The position numbers and the translations under genes are program-made. The notes under the pieces were generated by a model that saw only the letters and a program-made list of their open reading frames with translations, ran no database searches and was not told the origin of the DNA. A stretch of 64,000 bases of DNA, taken from assembly GCA_000004985.1 (NCBI GenBank), contig GG738846.1. One strand, written 5' to 3'. The DNA comes from Naegleria gruberi (taxonomy: Eukaryota). Numbering within the stretch: the stretch's first letter is position 1; every line of letters starts with the position of its first letter. This document shows, in pieces, positions 44,717-57,000 of the stretch.

Positions 44717-46478
44717 CTGGTTGAAGAATGGATGTTCCAAACATGTTAAATCTCTTCTCCTTTCCAACTCTATAAGAAACAAGACAAGTTTCAATAACGT
44801 GCTCTGCACTAGTGAGTTGATTAATCTTTTCCTCTAAAATACGTTTGCTTGTAGGATTTTCTTTGAGATTACATGCTGGCATTTGTAATAAATATTCAGC
44901 TTCTTGATCTAAAACAAAACACGTCAGACAACATCCACTCTCTAAATCCTTAATTAAAAATTGGAAGAGAAATCTATACTCTTGATTGGAATGATTATTG
45001 TTTGCTTTGGTAAAGTTTTCAATATTTTTTGGAAAGTAATCAATAATCTTTCCCCTAGTTCTGTACTTGTATGGGATATTATCTGTATTTACAATGTCTG
45101 ATATTGGTGTAAGATTCGCTTGTAAAAAGTCAACTTTCGTAACTATGTACTTGTTGTACAAAATTTGAGTCTGGTGAGCATTTTCGATACACCTAGTTAC
45201 ATAGAAATGATCATTTGGAAGAATAACAATAGATCCATTATAAATTCTGAGTGGAATTAAGGATTCATCAGCCCATTCAGAGAGTGGTGGACATTGGGCA
45301 TTTCTTAACTTTACCCATACATCTCTTCCATTGAAAGCTGAGCGAACTTCTTTCATGATATAATCGGTGAGTTCAATAGATTTCACTTGAACTGTTGAAC
45401 GTAAATTACTGCAGTCATTAACAGTGAGACTAATTGATGTTTCGTCTTCGTGTAAATGGGTAACCTTACATATCACATCTACAAAGAAGGATACTGACAT
45501 TTTGCTGGCTTTTTCTTTAGCTTGGTTTAAAGTCGTAAGATATTTCTGATCAGCCATTACAATTGGCTGTTTTTCAACATTGGAAAAGGGTTGTGAAAAG
45601 TATTTTCTAGAGAATATTTTCAATTGTTTGATTCTTTCAAAATCTTCATCAGTAAAAGTTTTCCTGCATAGTATCTCGTCTGGTATTGATTCATCAATAT
45701 CATTACTCAAAAAGAAATAATCAAAACCAGGGCCGACATTGGCCTGATACCCGTACCTCGAGTTCTTAACAATGAATCTATGGCATCTAAATATTGATCC
45801 AACTTTTTTACAATTGAAGAGATTTTTCTGATTGGTATGATTAATGGTTATAAGGAGAGAATCTGTTTTAGAGTTTGAATCAAAACAAGTGTCATCAATA
45901 ATTTTCAATGTAAGACTGTAGGCCTTGTTTTCCATTTGTCTCATTGTTTTATAATCATAAACAATTCCATAAATATTATGATTCCCTTCCTGCAGTTCAG
46001 ATAGTTTAGTATAGATATAGTCAGTATTTTTTCTTTTCTTTTTTGTCAAATCTGTTGTAGATTCCAAATCCACTTGTTTACCATTAAGCATAATAACGGA
46101 ATCCTTGTCAGCAACTAAAAGATATGGGTGATGTGAATCTTGATGAGTAGTATTATACTCATCATCACGATCGGAATCATCATCCTCAATACAGGGCACA
46201 ACCATAACATTATATATTGTCAGAACATTCTTTTTTACATCACTAATCCATTCATCAATTTCCAAACCACTAATCCTCGTTTTTGTAAATACTAATTCAA
46301 TAATAGATGATCGGAGTTGTGTTTTATCAACATGTACATCTTCCAAAAGGAGAGAATAATGTGATTGTATTTTTCTCTTCTTCTTTAAATGATCACCAGA
46401 AGTGTGATGGAGACGAACTTGTAGAGGGTTTGATTGATCAATACGGGAAAAGGTTCCATCAATTTGATGTATTTTCAT
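44697..46478 (-). CDS. POT1: POT1-like telomeric ssDNA-binding protein (protection of telomeres 1)
   Basis: [10 protein letters not shown]...[31 protein letters not shown] parallels the human POT1 OB1 segments [11 protein letters not shown]...[57 protein letters not shown] parallels POT1 [25 protein letters not shown]. The track's 46505 start is a GTG; the first ATG is at 46478, so the protein is about 593 aa. Confidence 0.55.
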   Translation of the reverse strand: [593 protein letters not shown]

Positions 46479-46574
46479 TTTTTTAACAAGAAGTTTTATT
46501 TCCACTCGAACTGTATCAGATAACTTTTAACAAGTTTACAATTAATATATTTACAATTTGTCAGTTGGCACAGC

Positions 46575-47399
46575 TTATCCAAAATATATTGAACCATCAC
46601 CAGGACCTAAATAACCAACACTCACAAGAACTAGATCAACTATTGCCCACAACCCAACACCACCTTTTATAATAATAAAATTGTCACTTAATTGTCACAA
46701 CTATTAACTTACCTAGTGTAAATAATTTGAAAACTCCCCAACCAGCATGACCCAAATAAAATCTATCAGCAGAAAATCCAGATAAACTAATATTTCATTT
46801 TGTAATGAGCAATTTCAATAGATTTTTCAAGTTGAAGTTCTGAAATTAAAAAGAAAACTTACAATAGGGAAAATACAAAAGTAGATGACCATTTCTTTCC
46901 AGTACTATAATTCACTTGGGATACTTTTGAGAAGGATCTATTTCCTAAACAAATAATATTTCTATTCACTTTACAATTTACAATAGTTGTATCTTGGCCT
47001 GATTGGAGTCCAGTTTGTGATGGTTTATAATCACAAATATAATGAACATTTTCAATTAATTGCCAACAATATTTACAATAATAAGTCTTTGCAAAACTTG
47101 TATCACCATCACAATTTGTTGCTGTACTATTAATTGTACATTGTGTATGATAAATATTTCCTAAAGTACAATTGGATGACATGTTACAACTCAAATAATC
47201 AGCACTTAAATCACTGCAATATTCCTAAAATAATGATCATCCGATTAGTAATTCCGAATATATTTATCATCAATTAATAACATACTCTCAATTCCGCACT
47301 GGTAATTTGAATTTGTAAAAAACCCAATACAACAACCATCACAAGAAGGGTAGAATAATTCGTTAATGATGGACGAAATCGTCCATTTTGTTGTGTCAT
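46575..47399 (-). CDS. TM2-domain protein (TM2D1/2/3 family) with signal peptide and Cys-rich ectodomain, four exons on the minus strand: join(46575..46663,46713..46786,46863..47224,47286..47399), about 212 aa
   Basis: Exon 1 encodes MTQQNGRFRPSLTNYSTLLVMVVVLGFLQIQITSAELR (a signal peptide), with donor |GTATGT and a 61-nt intron. Exon 2 is the Cys-rich region EYCSDLSADYLSCN...CKYCWQLIENVHYICDY...WSSTFVFSL. The track's stop at 46859 lies inside a 76-nt GTAAGT..tattag intron. Exon 3 encodes FLSGFSADRFYLGHAGWGVFKLFTLG, with donor G|GTAAGT and a 49-nt intron. Exon 4 encodes GGVGLWAIVDLVLVSVGYLGPGDGSIYFG. This is the TM2 consensus (..DRFYLG..GlGvlKL.TlGG.GiW.lvDlil). Confidence 0.65.
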
Positions 47400-47517
47400 T
47401 TTTTATTTCCTTCTTTTTTAAAATTGTAAATAATTCAATTTTGCCAATTTAAATATTATTAAATCTTTCCAATCTTGTAACAATAAGAATATGTTCTCTC
47501 AAGTCACAATGCAAAAG

Positions 47518-48189
47518 TCAATCAATAGAATCTATGATATATTGTAGAGAAAATAATCTAATTGATGGCACACCATCAAAATATCTTTGACTTTTCACTC
47601 TATCGAATAAATTTGATAATAATGTTGAATTTTGATAGTCCAATCTAAGAGTTAATCCAATTTCATGGTAATGAGTTGAATTTTCATGATCTAATAGATT
47701 TTGAATTGTATTCTTGCATTCCTGATGTACTTTGGCAGCTTGTTGCATTTTCCACATCCAAAAACAAAATAAAATTACAAAGCAACACAAACATAAAATT
47801 ATAATTCCAATAATTATCAATGTTAACACTAGCTCGAATAATCCTTCATCAACAAGTAAATTTTCTCTCACCATCACAACAAATGTAACAAATAATAATA
47901 TTAGAAATAAAACAAATCCTCCAATCATGATAAAAAATAACCAGAATACAAGCCATCCGACAGGTACATTTACATTCCTTAAATAATGTTTAAATATTTG
48001 TGAAGATTCTATCAGGGTTTTTGAAATTTCATCCTCATGATCTTTAATGATATATTGAACACTGGTGAAAAATTCCAAACTCTTCAAATCCAATTTGAAT
48101 TCGGACAAACATAATTCATGTTCCTCATCTTCAATAGGATCAAATACTGATTGTTTCAGAGTTGGTTCTTGTTTTTGGATTTGAGACAT
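47518..48189 (-). CDS. Hypothetical 223-aa membrane protein with two long hydrophobic helices
   Basis: ATG-initiated ORF. There is a central pair of transmembrane segments (WLVFWLFFIMIGGFVLFLILLFVTFVVM and LVLTLIIIGIIILCLCCFVILFCFWMW). No family assigned. Confidence 0.45.
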   Translation of the reverse strand: MSQIQKQEPTLKQSVFDPIEDEEHELCLSEFKLDLKSLEFFTSVQYIIKDHEDEISKTLIESSQIFKHYLRNVNVPVGWLVFWLFFIMIGGFVLFLILLFVTFVVMVRENLLVDEGLFELVLTLIIIGIIILCLCCFVILFCFWMWKMQQAAKVHQECKNTIQNLLDHENSTHYHEIGLTLRLDYQNSTLLSNLFDRVKSQRYFDGVPSIRLFSLQYIIDSID

Positions 48190-48248
48190 TTTTTTATTTA
48201 TTTAAAGTTTAAAATATTAAGATAATATATTATTCAGGATTATCAATT

Positions 48249-51200
48249 TCAATACACCACCTCTTCTTGATCATGATGTGAATGAAGGGATGGTTTTGTC
48301 TCCACAACTTCAATATCATTTTCTTCTAAATTTATACAACTACTTGATACTTGATGTTGTAAAGTTGGAGGGGTTTTGGAAAAAATTGGATTTACATGAT
48401 GTTTTTCTTTCAAGAGATAGGTTTGACACATTCCTTTTCCTTTCACTTCAATACTTCTCTCCTCAAATTCATACAGGTCATATATTCTTTCATATGTTGA
48501 ACGAGAAATATGGATTCTTCCTGGAATTCCAGTTGACTCCATCCTAGATGACAAATTAATAGTATCTCCCCATAAATCATAGGCAAACTTTTTACGTCCA
48601 ATCACTCCAGCGACAACACTTCCTGTATTTAATCCAATTCTGTATCAAATGAGTCAATCAATTTAGTGATAAATGAAAGTTATTAAACAATGATGAGGAT
48701 GAAATCAACACATACCTGATATTAACTTGAGAAGATGGATTTTCTGCATTATACGTTCTAATAACAGTCAGAGTTTCAATAGAGAACTTGATACACCTCT
48801 CTGGATGATCGGATTGAGGATTATTATGTAGACCACCCACACAGAAATAAGCATCTCCAATGGTTTTAATCTTTTCCAAACTGTACTTATCAGTCAGGTC
48901 ATCAAAACCATTCACAATACTATTTAACATTAGAACTAATTCAGATGGATTCATATTAGAAGATAGTTTGGTAAACCCAACCATATCACTGAAAAAACAT
49001 GTAATGTCTGCAAACTTTTCAGCAATAAAAGTTTCACCATTCTTTAATTTGGTTGCAACAGCGTCAGGTAAAATATTTCTCAATAAATTCTCAGAATTCT
49101 TTTTCTCTTCGGCAAGAAGTGCATTTTGCTTCTTTTCTGTTGTAATGTCCTTAATTACAAGTGAAATAATAATTGATCCATTATTGACCTCCGTTCCAAA
49201 TATACTTATTTGGGCTGGGAATTTTGTTTGATTTTTTCTGATACACTCAATTTCTATCACTTCACCCACAGACAGTTCATCACTGTTATCAGTTGAATGA
49301 ATTAAATGATGGGTAAGGTTTTTGATCAATTCATGTGAAATTTCATCAAATAAAATTATACAAGGCAGACCAATGACATCAGTTGCAGATTTTCCAAACA
49401 TTTTCTGTGCAGCAACATTAAAAAGTGTAATTTCTCCCTTTTCATTACATAGAACAGCCCCTTCAACCATAGAATTGAGTAGATTTCTTATGGAATCATC
49501 AGTATCAATTTTCTTTCGTTTGGTGCTATGTTTAGTCATGGTATTATACAAGGCAAAGTTTTTCAAAGTATCATTTGAATCAAAATAATCCACTGGGATA
49601 TAATTCAAAAAGGACCGAAGCATGGTAATTTCATTATCACTCATTTGATAATTCAAAAAGATTATATAATTGAAAAGTGGCAATGTAATAATCCCAACAA
49701 TAAAAAATACAATACTAATAGCCTTGGAAGAGTTTGAAGTATTGGTTGATAGAGAGTTCAGTAATTCTGTCAAACGATTAATCATTTCATCAGTTAAATT
49801 AAAAATATCGAGATAACTTATGAATGTATCTTGTCTAATTGCAAAGAATGGATTCCAAATGTCTTCGTTAAATTTGCTACAAGCATGTGTAACAATGGCA
49901 ACTAATTCCTGTAGCTTGTAACAAGTACCATTGAACGAACATGTGAGTGGTGATGTTATGATTTCGTCCACTCTCGAATACTTTCCAATAATAGGGGCTG
50001 TAACTTCACTACCAAATAATAGTTCTGTAAATCTTGTTTGAACCTCAGATATATAATCTCTATTATCTGTTCTATAGGTAGCCAATTGTGATGCAGAACC
50101 TATAGCAACATTGTTAACATTTCTACCAGGTTTAACACCCAAAAACGCGTATAGCTCACTCAATCGAACTGTTAATCTGATCGCTGCTCTCATAACAGCA
50201 GTTGCAGTGTCAATATTAACCATTGTTTCAGAGGCTGTTTGGACATTGAGATAATTCTCCATATACATCAATGAAACGTATAATGAAAAACAGAGTAATG
50301 CAAGAAATCCTACAGCTATGGATATCCATTTTGGATTCATAAACTCACCCAAATGTTTAGCCTCTTGGTTTGTCTTTCGCTGCAAGTCTTGATAGATATT
50401 TCCAATAATATCCTTGGGCAATCTCTTAAATAGAGTAATGATATTTGTCGATTTTCTCATTTCAATTCTACTGATAACTAGAAACATGGAATAAATGATA
50501 ATCAATACGCCAGTCGAAATAAATAGATAATATCTGAGAATGAGGTCAATGTCTGCATTTTGTACTCGTTTGCTTTCTTGAAATTTAGAACAAAATAGTG
50601 CATTAGCATCTGCTGCAGTTCTTCTATTCAAATACAAGTACATAAATAAATAAGATGTTATAGTTTCATTGTAATCTTTTGGTGTCCAATCAATGAATGA
50701 CTTGGTTAAGGTCATGAATTCTTGAGTGAGTTCACTCATTGATACATTCTTTTTGTAACTTGTCAAATAAGATATTGTACTCTTCTCTACTGAAGCAATT
50801 GGAACAACAATGGGATTTTCTGGGGATGTATAATCATTAAACATTTGTTCTGTATACTTTGAAGTCATTGAATTATCAGCCAGTTGTTGCAAATATAGCA
50901 AATGTCTCTCGAATCTCATTTTGTGATTTGTTGTGAAATAATTGAGTACTTTACCATCTGTTGAATTTTCATTAGGAATTGCCCAATTCTGATTACCATA
51001 TAGCTCCTTATATATTTGTCCCATTCTCACCTTTAACAATAAGCACACAATATAATATGATGAAAAACATTAAACTTACCTCTCTGATGAGGGCACTAGG
51101 TGATGTACCTGGAAGACAACTCTGAAGAGTTAATGGAATTTCTGTAACTAAACTTCCAAATATCATACATAAAGCAAAAGCCACCACTAACATTAGAACT

Positions 51201-53476
51201 GATAGAATTGACAAACCAATTAAAAACACATTTCTAAATTTTGATTGGTAGGGAGTATTGAGAGAATTTCTGAAAAACACTTGTTTCTTATCAATAGTTT
51301 CTTCTGCATTCTCAATACCGTCAAAGTGGTCTTCCTTCTCATGATCTTCCATTGGATTATCGACAAGTGTGAAGGAATTCTTTCTAATATCAAATACATT
51401 GACTGGAGAGTTTGGAGTGGAATTAAAATAGGGAGTTATCTTGTTTTTAAATCGTTTCTCGCTCTTTCCTCTGGAGAATAATGAAACTGTTCTTGTTTTT
51501 GACTCTTCTTCTTCCATTTGAAAGGCTTGTTCAAAGAGTATGGATGATGTCTCTTTATCAAATTTGAAATTTTCCAAATAACTTGCATAAAATCTCAAAA
51601 CAGTCTTGTCATGTTTAAAATTTGTCATAAGGTGGTTGAATAGTTTGTCACAATACACTGTGAGAGAGGTTGCTTTTGAATTGAGCTGAGAAATTTTCTT
51701 TTCATTTGGTAGGTCGCTTAAAACTTCTTTCCAAAACATTCTATGCACGGCCCACAATTCATCTTCTTTCCTTTCAATGTCGTTCAACATTGCCTTAACT
51801 TCCACTTGATTTATGCCATTACTTTTTGTGGAATTATCAATTTCAATTTCCTTCATTCTCTCATGAATTAAAGTTCTGGTCCATGAGTTTTCCACAAATC
51901 TGAGTGCCTTCTTCAAGATGAAAGAACTGAATGAAGTTCTATTCTCATCAACCCATTGATAGGCAATGATGAGAGCACTCGTGAGTAGAATTTCTGGTGA
52001 CTGCACGCACTTGTTTGCAATGACCAATTTAATGAAAGTTAATGCCATAGCCGAATCATCTGAATTCTCTCCTGAAAATCGAAGAAATAAATTCAAATTC
52101 CTTAAAGACTCCTGTTCCATATAGATTGCAACTGCCTCCTTTTCCATGACACTAGTGCTCTTTCTATTCTCATCGAGTGAAGTTGCGTGTATTATTCCTT
52201 TCCTTAGAACTTTCCTCACTTTATAACACACCACCCTAGTGTAAATTTCCATTGCTATTCCACCCAAAATTCCACCAACAACAATGAGAGAAAGAGTAAG
52301 GCCCATCAACCCCAAGCTCTTCTCCTTATTGTAAGTGGGATCAAAGACAAAGACTAATTGATTGATGAAAACACCAATTGATGCTCCGAAACGCCCGAAT
52401 ACTGCACTCGAATAAACACTGTTGAAATTTCTCTTCAGTAAAGGAACCAGTTTTAACAAGAGAAATATTTGTAATATGGAGCTTAAGATGTGAATAATTC
52501 CTCGAATAAAAATTAAATGTTGTGGAATTAGAAATATGACAAATATTTCCAAACCAATAGATGCTACTGTTGACATGATTGGAAAATTATCGTTGGATGT
52601 GAAAGGCAGTGAGCTATGTCCATGATTGGGCATTAACAGAATAGAACAAGATGTTGCAAAAATTATCACAGGAGCCATGCAGCACATTACAATGAATAAT
52701 ATTAAATTAGGATCTCCATGACATGCTACAGTGCTATTTCTTGTCAACATGTAAAGATAAACATTTTCCTTCTCAGCATACACCTGAACAGTGGTATTAC
52801 ATTGAATGAAATAACTCATTAGGAACATGGTTAATGGAGATAGAATGGCACAAACAGCTCCAGCTCTCTGTCTCAAGTTTCTTAAACGTGTGTGGGCTTT
52901 TCCTTTTAGAGTCTTGTACTCAATGAATAATACGAGGAAGAAGAGACAATACAACGATAACAGAATACAGGTCAGTATGATGGTGGATGTGTAGTCAATA
53001 TCATCGAGAGAGAACGTAATGGGATAGTTCAAAACTTTGAATACCCAACCAGAATAGACGCCATATGGCCCAATCACATGTTCTGTTTCCTTCAGGTCAT
53101 ATCTTGTATCGGAGGAAATGGTTGGAAATATTACATTCACCCAATAGAGGTAAGCGTAAGCCAAATAGATGAGTATCTTTTCATATTTCTTTACGCTTAC
53201 CTCACTACTCTTCACTGAAATGTAAAAATTGATAAGTTTTTCATTAAAGACATGAAGGAAGGAGCTGTGAGTATGTGAAGTGGCAGAAGTTTCTGAATTT
53301 GCTGTTGAACCTCCGTCAACAACAGACTGGGTGTAGTAGCTTAGTCCGCCACCACCACTTCCTACATGGCTTTGATTTCCTTGCAGGAAAGGAATTGTAA
53401 TATTACTTGATGAGACATTGATCAATGGTCCACTATTTGAGTGTGGCTGTTGAGGATGCAACTCATGACTTTGCAT
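48249..53476 (-). CDS. Large polytopic-membrane sensor adenylyl cyclase: N-terminal multi-TM domain, second TM block, PAS domain and one C-terminal class III cyclase catalytic domain. Three exons on the minus strand: join(48249..48639,48716..51030,51080..53476), about 1,700 aa
   Basis: A 49-nt intron (GAG|GTAAGT..ttaaag) joins the 799-codon N-terminal exon to the 771-codon middle exon. A 76-nt intron (AG|GTATGT..gatacag) joins the C-terminal exon. PAS: ...VEGAVLCNEKGEITLFNVAAQKMFGKSATDVIGLPCIILFDE.... Cyclase: FADITCFFSDMVGFT (metal Asp), EKIKTIGDAYFCVGG (second Asp; Lys before TIGD), IGLNTGSVVAGVIGRKKFAYDLWGDTINLSSRMESTG (Asp before LWG; Asn/Arg transition-state residues). The K/D pair predicts ATP specificity. 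Confidence 0.85.
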
Positions 53477-54001
53477 GGTGTTGTGATATTAGTTTTAATA
53501 ACCAAAGGCGGTTCAATTCATGAGAAGAAGGTAAATTTCAATTGAGCGTTGGGCCGACTTTCAATCAGTTAAATGGATATTAAGGAGTTTAAAATGTTGA
53601 TATCCTGATTTGAATATTTTGAACAGCTCTAATAACTGTAACTGTACTGGGTGAGCGATCCTCAATTTTCTTGACATTAAAAAGGGATTTATTTTGATAT
53701 TCACAAAGTTCTATGATGAGAGAATTTAAAAGACTTTTTGACTCGAACCATCCTCAATATTTACTTGCTAATTTCAGGTTTTAAGAAGCTGATCATTAAA
53801 GAATAATGGGTGAGGAAATTGAAAGGAAAAATAAACCGTTTCATTTAAAACGTGTTCCTTGTTTGCTACAACAAAAAGGAATTCTGCTTGGGTTCTATCT
53901 TGAGTTAAGGAACATTCTAAAAAAAAACTATTATTAAAAAAACGTCTCGATTGTCGTCTTCTACCCTCTCGGAAACAAATAGCACCACCATCACGTTTAA
54001 A

Positions 54002-57000
54002 ATGTACCAAGTCTATTGTGCTGCAACAGGAAAAGCTGAGCAACAAGATCAAGTTGAGTACAAAGAATCTGTTTTAGAACTTGATGCCACAAAAAAGATT
54101 ATTCCATTCCGTCTTGCTTTGGATGAGAGCACACAATTCCTCTATCAACCAAGCAAATTTTCTATTGAGACTAATACCCCTTTAAACTCTCAACCAGCTA
54201 CTTTGCAATCTCTCGTCAATCATTCAAATTTTCTTGATGTCCAAAATATTTACGAAAGATTGAATTTGATTGTCAATCAGGCTCAAGAAATTTGTCAAGT
54301 TACTGAGGCAAGATTTGTAGAATGTGACGATAAGAAAAATAAGAGATTCATTATCCAATCAGCAAAGGACACTCTTGTATCATTTATTAGAGAAAAAACC
54401 TTCAAAAACTATTGTGATATTATTGAAGAACTCTCCAATAGTTTTTCCTCTAACAGTCAATATGTAAATGACCTCTCTTTTGAGAGCATCAAGGATGAAC
54501 TCACCCAAAACAAAACTGTAAATAACTGTGACCTCATGACTGCTCTCAAATTGGATGAGAAAATGTTATCAAACCTCATTACAACTGTAAAATCACAGCA
54601 ACAAATGATCAATTTGAATCAGAGTAAGACCTACATTCTCGAGCAATTGAATGAAATTTCAGGAAAGGACGAAGAACAAGTCGAAGAATTATCATCACTC
54701 GACCAAAGAATGCAATCACTTATCCAACACCAAAGAGAAAAGATTCAAACTCTCCTTTCAGAATACGAATCAGTTAAATTGACCAACGATGATCTTCAAT
54801 TGTACAGCTTTGAATATCAAGCAAGAAATTTGCACGAAGAAATTTTAACAATCGAAAATAATGTAAGAGAGAATCAAAGTATTTACTTGGTAAAAGATTA
54901 TGCATTCAGAGTATTATTGAACCAACAAATGTTAAAGGTTTGCGAGAGAACAACACTCATTTTGTTAATGATGAGATTTTTCAATCAATCAAAAGAAGGA
55001 GGTGCTCTTGAAAAGTTAATATTCCTCTCAAAGCTCCCAGACGTTAATAGACAATTGATGAATGAAATTGTAGCCAGAAGAGAAAACTTTGTTGAGAATA
55101 TTCTTATTCAAAACTTTAGAAGTTTTACTGAGTCTATCAAGCAAGCATGTCAAGATGAAAATGATAGAAGAGATCAAGTAGAGAAGAGTGCTATTGATGG
55201 TTTAACTGAGATTCAAACTCAAGAATTGAAATCGATTATTCCTGGTATTGTAGGGGAAAGAATTCCAATTAATCTTATAATTGATGGTCTTGCCAAATTG
55301 GAAAGAAGCATCTCTAGAACTATTGATACTCATCTTCCACAATCTAATTCAGGAGAAAATGAAGAGAATGACTTTTTCTTAATTTCAAAGCCATCAGAAA
55401 ACCTCACCCAATCCACTCATGACTTGTCAAGTATGACTACTAGTGCTTTGATTGAATATACTGACCGTAAAACTGAGGCATTACCAAATCCAAATTTTAT
55501 TTACCAAAATGTAGATAATGAATTTGTTGAAGTACCAACACAACTTTTACAATCTGTGGTACAACAACCATCTGAAGACTATTCACAACTTCAAAATACC
55601 ATTCTCATGCTTAAAAAAGAAGTTGATTCTTTGAAAGAACAACTTGAAAAGAGTGAAGAGCAAATCAAAGAGAGTGAAGAACAAATCAAAGTTAGCTATG
55701 CCAAGCTCATTGATAGAGAAAATACAATTGACGAACAAATGAGATCAATCAAAAATCTCGAAAGTAATCTTTCAGAAATGAAAAAAGAATTAGATGAAAG
55801 TGCACAATATGTTCAAACTCTCAGTAATAATGTCGAAGATTTGACCTGCAAGATTGAACAAAGTGAAAGAGAAAAGCTTCTGAACTCTGGAGTGCACTCA
55901 GAATCAGTTTCACAACTTGAATCTGTAGTAACTCAATTAGAAACATCCAAGAAGGATCTTCAAGACAAGTTGATTAGAATGGCCACTGAATTCAGCAAGC
56001 TAGACCAATCATCAAAGGCTAAAGATGAACAAATCAAGGCCAGCGATGAACAACTTAAGGCTCAAGACGAGAAAATTCATTCTGATGCCGAACAAATTAT
56101 GTTACTTACAAAGTCATTGCAAGATTCTGAATCAGTTAACGAAAAGTTACAACAAGATCTTGACTCTTTGAATGAAAAACTTGAACAACAATGTATGAAC
56201 TTGTTGTTATCTGATAGAAAAGTAGAAACTCTAGAAGAAGCAACCAAGAACCTCACTCAACAACTTGATGACTGCCAGACCGAGTTGAATGTAGTGAAGG
56301 AAGAAAGAGTTCTAGTAGAAAGAAATTTGAGAGTACAAGTTAATGAACTCACCGAATCTGTTAACAAATTATCAGAAACCAACAATCAATTGAAAGAGAA
56401 ACATTCCGACCTCTCAAATAAGCATTCTTCTACTATTTCCGAATTAGAATCCCTCTCTCAAAATTTGTTTGCTCAACACAAAACTGCTCAAGAGAACGAT
56501 ATCAAGCTGAAGGTAGCAGATGAAACTAACAAAGTTCTGCAAGAAAAACTTACTTCTAGTGAAGAAAAGTTAGCACACTCACAAGAGAAAATTAACACTT
56601 TAACCTTCGAGTTGGAAAATACCAGAACAATGCTCGAAAAAGCCAAGTCCCAACCTCCAGTAGTCCATTCACCTGTTATTTCCTCCAACAACGATGAAAA
56701 CGAAAAGTTAAAGAAAGAAGTTAAGGAACTCACCATTAAGGCTCAAATGTACGAGACAGCAACTCTTAAGAGCGCTGCCTCAGTAACTACTTTACAAAAG
56801 AAGATTCAAGAACAACAAATTGCTCTCAAAGAACAAGAAGATACACTCAAATTCCTTCAAGAGCAATATTCTCAATTAGAAAAGAGCTATATTCAAGTTC
56901 AAAACGACAAGACACAACAACCAACAGGAAAGACCTTTGTTAGTTTAGAGCCAGAATTGAATGATCTTGTCATTTTCTTCAAAGGAAACAACAGCAATAA

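Noticed and set aside
46859-46861. Stop codon ending the track's Cys-rich ORF
   Set aside because: It lies inside a canonical GTAAGT donor. Splicing yields a full TM2-domain protein with matching phase, so I treat it as intronic rather than a real terminator.
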